From Candidatus Shapirobacteria bacterium (lineage in GTDB: Bacteria > Patescibacteriota > Microgenomatia > UBA12405): DNA of 64,000 bases. The number at the start of each line of letters is the position of its first letter. Position 1 is the stretch's first letter. This document shows, in pieces, positions 56,194-64,000 of the stretch. The translations under genes and the position numbers were made by a program. Location: the NCBI GenBank assembly GCA_041665485.1, contig JBAYIT010000003.1, forward strand, positions 67,146-131,145, given 5' to 3'. The notes under the pieces are model-generated. The model was not told the DNA's origin and made no database searches. It worked only from the letters and a program-made list of their open reading frames with translations.

Positions 56194-56532
56194 TTATTGA
56201 GTTGTTGAACCACCAAAAGCACCGGTGGCCAATTGGGTTACTACCGTGGAGAGAACAAAAGCTCCCAAAACAATGGCTAAACCAATTGCTGAATAAAGGA
56301 TTGTTTTCTTTGATCGGTCTAAAGCTTCTGGATTACCAGAACTAGTAATATAACCAATTCCTCCCCAGACAAAAAAGCCAGCCGAAATTAGACCAGCCAG
56401 GGTTACTAACACCTGTATCACTCCTTGGATAAAGGTTTCGATCTTAATAACATCGGCCGACACCGCCAAGGTGGGTGTTGCCAAGAGAAGGAAAGATAGT
56501 AATGTACCGGAAAGTACCATTATCTTTTTCAT
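56194..56532 (-). CDS. VirB2/TrbC-like pilin
   Basis: signal peptide; GGIGYITSSGNPEALDRSKKTILYSAIGL. Confidence 0.85.
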   Translation of the reverse strand: MKKIMVLSGTLLSFLLLATPTLAVSADVIKIETFIQGVIQVLVTLAGLISAGFFVWGGIGYITSSGNPEALDRSKKTILYSAIGLAIVLGAFVLSTVVTQLATGAFGGSTTQ

Positions 56533-56859
56533 ATAAAATGACTTTGTAAATTTATAACTGATACAGTATATAATATATAAATCTAGTTTGTATCTTTTAT
56601 AACAAATACTCTAAGTCAAGTCAATCACTTATCCCCATACTTTTCGAAAATTTCAAAGCTCTTAAATCTTTTCACTCTTCGAGTGGCGCCTGGGGCGCCG
56701 AAATAATAATAAATTTCCATTAATGTTATAAAATCCCGCACCCATTATTTAAGAAATCGTTCATCATTTTATCCCATGAAAATCACTTAAATTTCCAAAA
56801 AATGATTTGTATTGATAACATAAAAGATCAAATAGACATGAAACTTTTATCGGATCTTA

Positions 56860-56887
56860 TTGACATTTTGTAAATTAGTATTATATT
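56860..56887 (+). promoter_or_regulatory. probable promoter of cargo operon
   Basis: TTGACA 56860-65, TATATT 56882-87. Confidence 0.55.
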
Positions 56888-56918
56888 AGAACTCACAATA
56901 TCATTTTCTAGTATTTAC

Positions 56919-59165
56919 ATGATCAAACAAGAACGAATAATTGACGGACCCGAAAGAGAGCATTTAATTGCTAAATTATGGAATGAAAGAAGAGGTCGTG
57001 TGCCTTCTCAATCACTTCAGTCTACTTCTTTATTTATTACAGTTCCATCAATGGATGTGTCAATAGATGAAGTGTTTAATGGACTACTTAATGCCATGGT
57101 CTCTTCAAACACAGACATGCTATATAAATGGGCAAGCAATTGGGGACAAACTAGAATTACGGTTCATGCTCAAAAAGGACTGTCTTTTCAATATATGAAT
57201 CGACTATCCAGAGAAGCTAAAAGTTACGAATTTTTGACAACAAATGCACTGATCGATCCGAAAAGAACTTTTGGAAATTCGCAAAACGATAATCATGCAA
57301 AATACCACATTCTTTTGGGTGATTCACCTGTGAGAATTGAAGGTGCAATACTACAAGCAGAAAGGATGATGGATGAGCTTGTTTGGTGTGTGAGCGAAAA
57401 GAAAAAACTTGAAGGGATGGGAGAGTTGGAAGCTTATGGAGCAGCTTTAACTGATGTAAAAGAAAATGGTTTCGACTTTAGATATGTTTCTGCGGAAGAC
57501 ATATTAGCACTAAAACAAGAAGAACCAGAATTGGCGGTGAGAATTTATGGTAATTTCTTGAATCGAGAAACGGTGCCTCAAATAGTAGGGGCAATTTGTC
57601 CCTTGGATAAAGAAATTACACTACCTGAAGAAAATCTCAGCGACCTACCTACAATTAGGGGTTTAGAAAAATCTCCCAAAAGCAGTGAAAAAAAGGAAAA
57701 TGTAGACAACCAAATTCCTTTTGTGGCAATAGGAATAACACTTGCTAAACAACCCCATATAGGTCATATGTTGTTGGCAAGTATTGCTGCTTCCACAAGC
57801 CGAATACTAGACAATGCACCCATATGTATTGATGGCAACGATACTGGACCTAGAGTCAATGCGGCTATCAAATATGGTGCGAGAGTATTGGGGGTTTCAA
57901 CGCAACAAGTTATAAAAGGTATAACGGACGGGACAATTGGGATTAGCACAGTGGAAGAGTGGTACAGAGACAGAAAAAATATTGATGATAGAACGATAAT
58001 TCAAGATTCGAAGATCGAGGGTGAGTTGTCTTTGGTTCAACAAGCAAGAAACACTCAAAGAATATTTAAAGATTTTTTTGGTGATAAATCAGATGTAAAG
58101 ATAATACTTGAGAGTCAAATATTGGAAGAAACCGATCAATATTTAGAAGTTGGTGATAGTTGTTGGTCAGGTACAGGTTTTAGCTGTATTAATATGGGCA
58201 ATAGATTACTCATTTTGGAAAGAGAGGGTAATCCATCTTCTGAAGCTATAAGAGCAACATTTATTGGATGTGCAGCAAAACAACTCCAAAGAGGGAAAGC
58301 TTACTTTGTTGATTCAGATCCTCAATTAAAGGATGTCTTTCATGTAAATAAATTAGCTACGAGTAAAGATAATGTTCAAATACCTGGAACTGCTATTGGA
58401 TTTAATTTTGAGATTGCTTCTGGTACTTCAGGTAATTCAATGCCCATGGAGGCATTTTTATCTTGGTATAAAGAGAAATATCCAAACTCAGATGTGGTTG
58501 CTGATATTTCATATTTGGTTCATACAAGATATCAAGTACTTCCTTTCAATGAACCTTCTTTCTTTAATTATAAGGACATTGAATCATTTTTAACTGATGT
58601 CCAACGCAGTCACGACGAGAGAACTATATTTATTAAGGAGACGGAAGGTGCTCTTTTTAAATTAAAAGAAAAGTTAAACGCTGATTCGGACAATACAAGT
58701 TTTTCAGGTGAAAAGAAAGAAAGAAAGAGAGGTCAATATGTCTTAAACATTCTAAGAGAAATTAAAGACTCTTTAATAAACGGAAGTGCGGAAGTTTATT
58801 CTCAAGCAGAAAACCTGAAAGAATCCCCAGAAGTTTGCCAAGCGATTGACTTAAAGGCAAATGAAAGACAAATAACTAAAGAGGAAGCGCGGTTAACAGT
58901 GCTTAAGGAAATAGCTTTGGATAATTCTAATCTAGATTCAAGATTCATAAATCAACTTAAAAATCAGGGTTTTAGGACTGGAGAAGAACTGGCAACTGCC
59001 TTGGAAGTTTTATGTTCCAGAGGTTTAGGATTAGCAAGGTTAACAAATGTTCTGTATGCAACGGCAAATTATTTAATAGAAGTTAGCAACAGAGTAGAAG
59101 TGATCGATAAGAACACCTTAAAAATGCTTAATAATTTACATGAAATTGTAGTCGGAAAAATATAA
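56919..59165 (+). CDS. divergent ArgRS-like class I (HIGH) nucleotidyltransferase with unknown N- and C-terminal domains
   Basis: AKQPHIGH, NDTG, LEREGNPS, YFVDSD, ASGTSGNSM, colinear with argS motifs in this window. Confidence 0.65.
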   Translation: MIKQERIIDGPEREHLIAKLWNERRGRVPSQSLQSTSLFITVPSMDVSIDEVFNGLLNAMVSSNTDMLYKWASNWGQTRITVHAQKGLSFQYMNRLSREAKSYEFLTTNALIDPKRTFGNSQNDNHAKYHILLGDSPVRIEGAILQAERMMDELVWCVSEKKKLEGMGELEAYGAALTDVKENGFDFRYVSAEDILALKQEEPELAVRIYGNFLNRETVPQIVGAICPLDKEITLPEENLSDLPTIRGLEKSPKSSEKKENVDNQIPFVAIGITLAKQPHIGHMLLASIAASTSRILDNAPICIDGNDTGPRVNAAIKYGARVLGVSTQQVIKGITDGTIGISTVEEWYRDRKNIDDRTIIQDSKIEGELSLVQQARNTQRIFKDFFGDKSDVKIILESQILEETDQYLEVGDSCWSGTGFSCINMGNRLLILEREGNPSSEAIRATFIGCAAKQLQRGKAYFVDSDPQLKDVFHVNKLATSKDNVQIPGTAIGFNFEIASGTSGNSMPMEAFLSWYKEKYPNSDVVADISYLVHTRYQVLPFNEPSFFNYKDIESFLTDVQRSHDERTIFIKETEGALFKLKEKLNADSDNTSFSGEKKERKRGQYVLNILREIKDSLINGSAEVYSQAENLKESPEVCQAIDLKANERQITKEEARLTVLKEIALDNSNLDSRFINQLKNQGFRTGEELATALEVLCSRGLGLARLTNVLYATANYLIEVSNRVEVIDKNTLKMLNNLHEIVVGKI

Positions 59166-60274
59166 TGCCAGAAAAGTTTTCATACTTCTTTGATTCTGAG
59201 AAATTTGCCTTACCTTTTGACGCCAAATGGATTGGTTCCTTGTCAATACTTTCAGGAGGACAGGTACAGACAACAATGATTCACTCCAGAGATGGTGTGA
59301 TTCACATATCACCGGCTTTAAGTAGAGAAACAAACGAAAATGAAGCAATTATTTGCAGCAGATGGATTCATCCTAAAAAAGGACTACTAACCGCAAATCA
59401 GCAAAATTTAGCTAAAAGTGACATTGTTACTATTCCTAAGGTAAAAGTTGTCGGAGATGTAAGGCCAAGAAACGGCGTTTCTTATCCCTTTTGGTTGGAA
59501 GAGGAAGTCGAAGGTAAATTACTAAATCAAGTAGTTTTAGAGGGAAAACCAACTTTGGGAATTTATAGGAAATTAGTAAAGTGGATGGCTGAGTTTCACT
59601 CGCCTACTGAAGGAAAAACCAGTCTTAAAGCCAACTACAATTGTAGATTGGGGTCTATCGAATCGATTTTAAAAAACGATGAAGAGTTGAGAAATTGCTT
59701 GGGTCCTCAACGTATTGAAGCAATTAATAGGCTATTAATTCTGGCAAAACAAAACATTGCAAGCTCGATTGACGAAAACGAATTAGTGGATAAAATTCAT
59801 GGCGACCTAAGAGGTAATAATGTCATGATAAATGAAAAAAGTGTCTCTGTGATCGACTTTGAACAAGGACTCTTCGGAGGAGATTGGTATTACGATTTAG
59901 AAAAGCTTTTACTAATTGAAAAACATGACCAACCAGATGTTAATAAGCCATATATGTATTTTCCAAATTTAAGCCAGAAACAAAAATATTCACTAGTCAA
60001 AACTTATTCGAAAGAAAGAGCAGCCAGAGGCTGGGAATTACCAACAATAATGCAGAATTACTTGAAAAGTCATGATCCGATTGCCTTTGAATCAAGAAGA
60101 CAACTTTATGATATTGAAAATGCTCTATCTATAATGATTTTTAGACATTTAATGGGCTGGGATTTTGGAATTAGTCCAGACGGGTCAAATAGAAGAGGTG
60201 TTAACTTTATTGCAGATTTAGTGATTCAAAATTATAATCACCTTATTTTCCAGAAAAACAATGAAACAGAATAA
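59165..60274 (+). CDS. APH/choline-kinase-family phosphotransferase
   Basis: IPKV, EEVEG, MAEFH, IHGDLRGNNVM, IDFE, YDL. Confidence 0.88.
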   Translation: MPEKFSYFFDSEKFALPFDAKWIGSLSILSGGQVQTTMIHSRDGVIHISPALSRETNENEAIICSRWIHPKKGLLTANQQNLAKSDIVTIPKVKVVGDVRPRNGVSYPFWLEEEVEGKLLNQVVLEGKPTLGIYRKLVKWMAEFHSPTEGKTSLKANYNCRLGSIESILKNDEELRNCLGPQRIEAINRLLILAKQNIASSIDENELVDKIHGDLRGNNVMINEKSVSVIDFEQGLFGGDWYYDLEKLLLIEKHDQPDVNKPYMYFPNLSQKQKYSLVKTYSKERAARGWELPTIMQNYLKSHDPIAFESRRQLYDIENALSIMIFRHLMGWDFGISPDGSNRRGVNFIADLVIQNYNHLIFQKNNETE

Positions 60275-61673
60275 TGAAATTAATATCCTAATAATCGGAG
60301 GAAGTGGTTTTTGGTCCGAAAAGAACCACTATCCTGCTATTCTCAAACTTCAAGAAAAGGGACTACCCGTAAAGGTCAGACTAATTTGTGATATTAGAAA
60401 TCCTCGTGAAGAGGCAAACCGAAAATATTTACCTGAAATATTTAGAATCAATGACCCAAAGTGGATTAATCCTAACGAGACAAGTTTGAACCAGCTTGGA
60501 AAAATTTGTAAAAAAGAGAAGATTAACATGGTGATTGTATCGACTAATCCGGCGTTTCATTATACCTACTGCAAATGGGCGGTGAAAAACAACTTAAATG
60601 TTTTGTGCGATAAACCTTTGGTGGTTAATTTTAATTCTGCTTCAGATATAAAAGCTGCAAGAAAAAACGAAAAGCTATATCAGGAATTAAAATCATTTGT
60701 ACTCAAAAAGCAACAAAAGAATAAGAGGTATTTATTCTGCTTACCCTTAAGAAGAAGAGTTTTGACGCCTTATGTATTTGTGGCAAAACAATTAGAGGCA
60801 GTTAACAAGAATACAGGAGAAGGAATCAGATATTTAAATATAATTGTAAACGGAGGAATATTTAAATACCCAATCGAGTTATTAGGCGGTGGATCGCATG
60901 GATATCTTGATGGCGTAGGATCATTGTCACATTCTAGTTATCACTATATTGATGTATTAGCTTGGTATCTCCAGGTTGCCCAAGGAAAGGCTAAAAAGAT
61001 AAAAATTAATTTGACAAATCTTATTCGGGTCCATGATTATTTAAGAACCAAAACTTATCAAAATTTAAGAAATATTGTTGAGGATGAATCAAATAATTTT
61101 GAAGACGAATTAGCATTGCCAGAACAAGTGCTAAACTCCGAGCTCGATTTTACATTTACTCTTAAGTTACTTGATGAAAACAATAATCAAGTAGGTATGG
61201 CTGAATATACTTGCAACCATACATCTTTTTGTCCCCGTGAAGTTAAATATCAACCAGGTGTATTGGAACCTGCAAATTACTTGCATGGCGGTAGAATGTC
61301 GCATGTATATCTTGATATCCATCAAGGAGCATTACAGAATTGGCAGATAATCAAAAATGATGTCGTGTTTGAGGGGAACAATATTACGGTTATTGGGCGA
61401 CAGCATCCATATGTTGGCAAAAAGTATATAAAAAAGGTGTTCAGGGATGCTTATGATAAAAATACATTAACACCAACTGATTTGATTGAATCATTCGTCA
61501 ATTATACTTTGGGAGAAAAATTATTAAGCAAGAAGATGAATTTACTATCCTCTTTTAATAACCAAGATCTGACCAACAAGATATTTTGCAAATTCTACGA
61601 AAAAATAGCTGAAGAATATTACAATCAAACACATAGACGAAAAATTCATATAAACTCAATTATAAATATTTAA
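60261..61673 (+). CDS. Gfo/Idh/MocA-family oxidoreductase
   Basis: IIGGSG, STNPAFH, VLCDKPL, HSSYHYID. Confidence 0.85.
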   Translation: MKQNNEINILIIGGSGFWSEKNHYPAILKLQEKGLPVKVRLICDIRNPREEANRKYLPEIFRINDPKWINPNETSLNQLGKICKKEKINMVIVSTNPAFHYTYCKWAVKNNLNVLCDKPLVVNFNSASDIKAARKNEKLYQELKSFVLKKQQKNKRYLFCLPLRRRVLTPYVFVAKQLEAVNKNTGEGIRYLNIIVNGGIFKYPIELLGGGSHGYLDGVGSLSHSSYHYIDVLAWYLQVAQGKAKKIKINLTNLIRVHDYLRTKTYQNLRNIVEDESNNFEDELALPEQVLNSELDFTFTLKLLDENNNQVGMAEYTCNHTSFCPREVKYQPGVLEPANYLHGGRMSHVYLDIHQGALQNWQIIKNDVVFEGNNITVIGRQHPYVGKKYIKKVFRDAYDKNTLTPTDLIESFVNYTLGEKLLSKKMNLLSSFNNQDLTNKIFCKFYEKIAEEYYNQTHRRKIHINSIINI

Positions 61674-61679
61674 TAAATT

Positions 61680-62120
61680 ATGGACCAATGCGATTTCTGT
61701 GATTCAGAAGTATTAAAAAAACAAGGTGTTTATGAAGATGAATATATTATAGCTATATATCCACAAAAACCAATAATCTATCATCATTTTATAATATTTC
61801 CAAAAAGACATTCTCAGTTAGTAACTGAGATGACTGCTAAAGAAATTGCAGCAATGAACAAAGTTTTTGAGCGAATCTATAAAAATTATAAAAAGGAAAA
61901 CAAATGTATTGGTTACAATTTGTCTAGCAACAACGGATCTCCCAAGGTCGGACAAACAGTAGCCCATTGTCACTTCCATATTTATTTAAGGTTTGAAGAC
62001 GAAAAGGTGTCCCCCTATAAGGTCATGGGTGATATGTCGCTGAGGGATGTATTATCGGAAGATGAGTGGGAATTAAGAAAGAAAAAGGTTTCAGAAATAA
62101 TAAACAATAATGAAGTTTGA
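61680..62120 (+). CDS. HIT-family nucleotide hydrolase
   Basis: CDFC, PKRH, GQTVAHCHFHI. Confidence 0.93.
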   Translation: MDQCDFCDSEVLKKQGVYEDEYIIAIYPQKPIIYHHFIIFPKRHSQLVTEMTAKEIAAMNKVFERIYKNYKKENKCIGYNLSSNNGSPKVGQTVAHCHFHIYLRFEDEKVSPYKVMGDMSLRDVLSEDEWELRKKKVSEIINNNEV

Positions 62121-62796
62121 GACTACCGTAGGCGTTAAAAAGTTGTGTTTTGATTCTGAGGTTAATGGATTAATCGCTAATGGCCAAGAATATGAAATGA
62201 GTAATGATGGAGGATTAATTTATGACAAAGTTAAAGATATAAAGTCAGATCAAGTGACTACTCAAATGTCTTCTGACACCAGCACACTGATACCTAGCTT
62301 TATGATCCTGGATTGGGTATATAACCCATATTTTGACGAAAGAAATGTTGTTGAGTCGCAGAATGATATAACCTTTTATTGGAATAAATCTAAGCTTGCA
62401 GCTTTTTATAACCTTTATGCTACAGATGAACTCAAGTACAAAAAGAGAGAAGAAACAATAAGAGATGCCATAAATTTCTTATTAAGCACTAGCAAAGACT
62501 TAAGGTTAAACGATGAATATCTCAATAAGTTATCTGAACCATGTATTTTGGTTGGTTTCTTTCAGGGTTTTCCAGTTTTTGATAGTTCCAAAGGATTGGC
62601 AAAATTACAATCTAGACTAGGCATCCATATCGATTCTGAGTCGATAATGATATCGACACCATTGGATAAATATGAGGGCGATATTTATGATTTAGCCGAA
62701 AAAATATCTGATTTAACGGGCGAAACTTTTAATAGAAAAAAGAATAGAGTTGTTTTTTGTAAAAGCAACAAAATGCTTGAATTAATAACAAAATGA
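62110..62796 (+). CDS. hypothetical protein
   Basis: 228 aa, overlaps the HIT stop, no recognised motif. Confidence 0.7.
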   Translation: MKFETTVGVKKLCFDSEVNGLIANGQEYEMSNDGGLIYDKVKDIKSDQVTTQMSSDTSTLIPSFMILDWVYNPYFDERNVVESQNDITFYWNKSKLAAFYNLYATDELKYKKREETIRDAINFLLSTSKDLRLNDEYLNKLSEPCILVGFFQGFPVFDSSKGLAKLQSRLGIHIDSESIMISTPLDKYEGDIYDLAEKISDLTGETFNRKKNRVVFCKSNKMLELITK

Positions 62797-63143
62797 AAAT
62801 TGCAATTTTAGATAATTATTTTCTTAATGAGTCCAATTATAGAGACTATATTTTTTATACTCTACTTGATGCAGAGTATAAAAAATGAATTATAAAGTCA
62901 TCCGGTTTCAGAAAAAATCATTTTCACACAATATATATTTTGAGAATCTCAAGAATAGCTGATACTACGTATCCGGAAAATGTTTTCTATCTTTTTTATA
63001 AAGATTCTTTTAATTTTAGGTTTACTTATATTATTCTTTCCTACCGGCTGAGCCACATTTTACTCCAACAAAGTTGAGCTCGATTGGCTTTTAAGGGTTT
63101 GCACCTACTCATTTCACAAGGGTTTCGAACTGACCTCTATATA
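62793..63143 (+). pseudogene. gene debris: chimeric 31-aa ORF and a frameshifted remnant
   Basis: MKIAILDNYFLNESNYRDYIFYTLLDAEYKK* (62793-62888), then ATG 62885 frame broken at an A6 run. Confidence 0.45.
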
Positions 63144-63214
63144 ACCTCACTCTATATTTTAAAACATTAAATTTTAAAAAAAAGGGAAAATGGAACTTTT
63201 GGTATGATTCATAC

Positions 63215-64000
63215 ATGGCTAATTCACAAAAAAGTGACTTAAAAGAAATCAAAGATTTCTTAACATCGAACTTCAGTGACAATATTGGAGATGTCTTACA
63301 ACTTAATTGTGGCGAAAGGTCGAAAGCTTTTTCCTTTGTCTCATGTGGAATTAAATATGTTTTTAGAATGAACAACCACGACAATGGATTTAAAAAAGAC
63401 GAATTTGCCTTTAAACACTTTTCCGAAAAAGTACCGATACCAAAAATATTAAAAATTGGTACATTCAAAGACAGCTTTTATTCAATTTCCGGATTATGTC
63501 TTGGTAACCCGCTTATTGATGGCAATAAAGAGCTGCCGTCTGTACAAGTCGAAAGCATTATTTCTGCCGCCGATCAAATTCATTCGGTTTCAGTTCCGAA
63601 GTTTACAAACTTTGGCGTCGCCGACATAAACGGAGCTGCCGTATATAAAAGTTGGGAAAAATGGATTTTTAAAAAAAACACGGTCGTTACTAAGGACGAT
63701 GGCAGCTTTTATTCTTGGGAAGAAGTTGAAAAAATCCCGTTTGTAGATGAAAAAACTATTAAAAGCTTAGCTGTTCAAATTAAAAAATTGGTCCATTTTG
63801 TTCCTGAGGAAAGATACCTAATTCACGGTGATTTTGGTCCGGGCAATATCATGATCAATAATGATTTAGTTACCGGTGTGATTGACTGGAATGAATTTGG
63901 TTATGGTGATTTCCTTTTTGATATTGCCTGGCTGGATTTCTGGATATCCAAAACCAATTTTTCTAAAGCTTATAAAAGCCATTTTCAAAAGAAGAATCAA
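63215..64000 (+). CDS. APH(4)/hygromycin-kinase-like phosphotransferase, truncated by window end (not in ORF track)
   Basis: GERSKAFSF, FKKDEFA, VPIPKILKIG, LIHGDFGPGNIM, GVIDW, GDFLFDIAWLDFW; TATGAT 6 nt upstream. Confidence 0.88.
   Translation, partial: MANSQKSDLKEIKDFLTSNFSDNIGDVLQLNCGERSKAFSFVSCGIKYVFRMNNHDNGFKKDEFAFKHFSEKVPIPKILKIGTFKDSFYSISGLCLGNPLIDGNKELPSVQVESIISAADQIHSVSVPKFTNFGVADINGAAVYKSWEKWIFKKNTVVTKDDGSFYSWEEVEKIPFVDEKTIKSLAVQIKKLVHFVPEERYLIHGDFGPGNIMINNDLVTGVIDWNEFGYGDFLFDIAWLDFWISKTNFSKAYKSHFQKKNQ

Larger units (their letters stand above)
38416..64000. mobile_element. integrated ICE-like genomic island (right end beyond window)
   Basis: loss of host C/T strand skew, lower GC, T4SS module, R-M and defence-like genes, possible tRNA 3'-end scar at left edge; no integrase seen. 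Confidence 0.7.

Noticed and set aside
129-58593. Remaining short overlapping ORFs in the track
   Set aside because: Antisense or off-frame to well-supported genes, with low-complexity translations caused by strong strand skew
63109-63468. Minus-strand 119-aa ORF
   Set aside because: Shadow of the plus-strand APH kinase beginning at 63215

Overview
The window looks like chromosome from a Patescibacteria/CPR bacterium, probably Microgenomates-like. This is inferred from gene content, near-zero intergenic distances, -10 boxes abutting start codons and heptamer repeats; no marker gene proves it. Positions 1-38.4 kb are host backbone with a strongly C/T-rich + strand. They carry a SipW/TasA-type surface-fibre operon, trmD, a GT2-GtrA fusion, dsbA, a pyruvate kinase lacking its B domain, an Asp-type murA, ABC transporters, an L,D-transpeptidase, a ferric reductase plus cytochrome b5, tRNA-Gln(CTG), dus, obgE, a GldA/F/G-like ABC operon, era, CIRCE-controlled lon, argS and a phosphohexomutase. 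Between lon and argS lies one GC-rich secreted-protein gene with a strong Shine-Dalgarno and a Chloroflexota-type C-terminal motif. It sits inside an rRNA-operon-like frame: promoter, boxA, and a 14-bp long-range inverted repeat closing around the whole ORF. From 38.4 kb to the end is an integrated, ICE-like island. It contains a possible tRNA-derived att scar, a NUDIX/GNAT/HD/kinase cluster, candidate defence genes, a Dcm/NgoFVII-like/Vsr restriction-modification module and a minimal T4SS. It ends in an AT-rich cargo operon built around a divergent ArgRS-like HIGH enzyme with APH-type kinases, a Gfo/Idh/MocA oxidoreductase and a HIT protein. No CRISPR array, reverse transcriptase, transposase or integrase is visible. 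All calls come from reading motifs by eye; no database searches were run.
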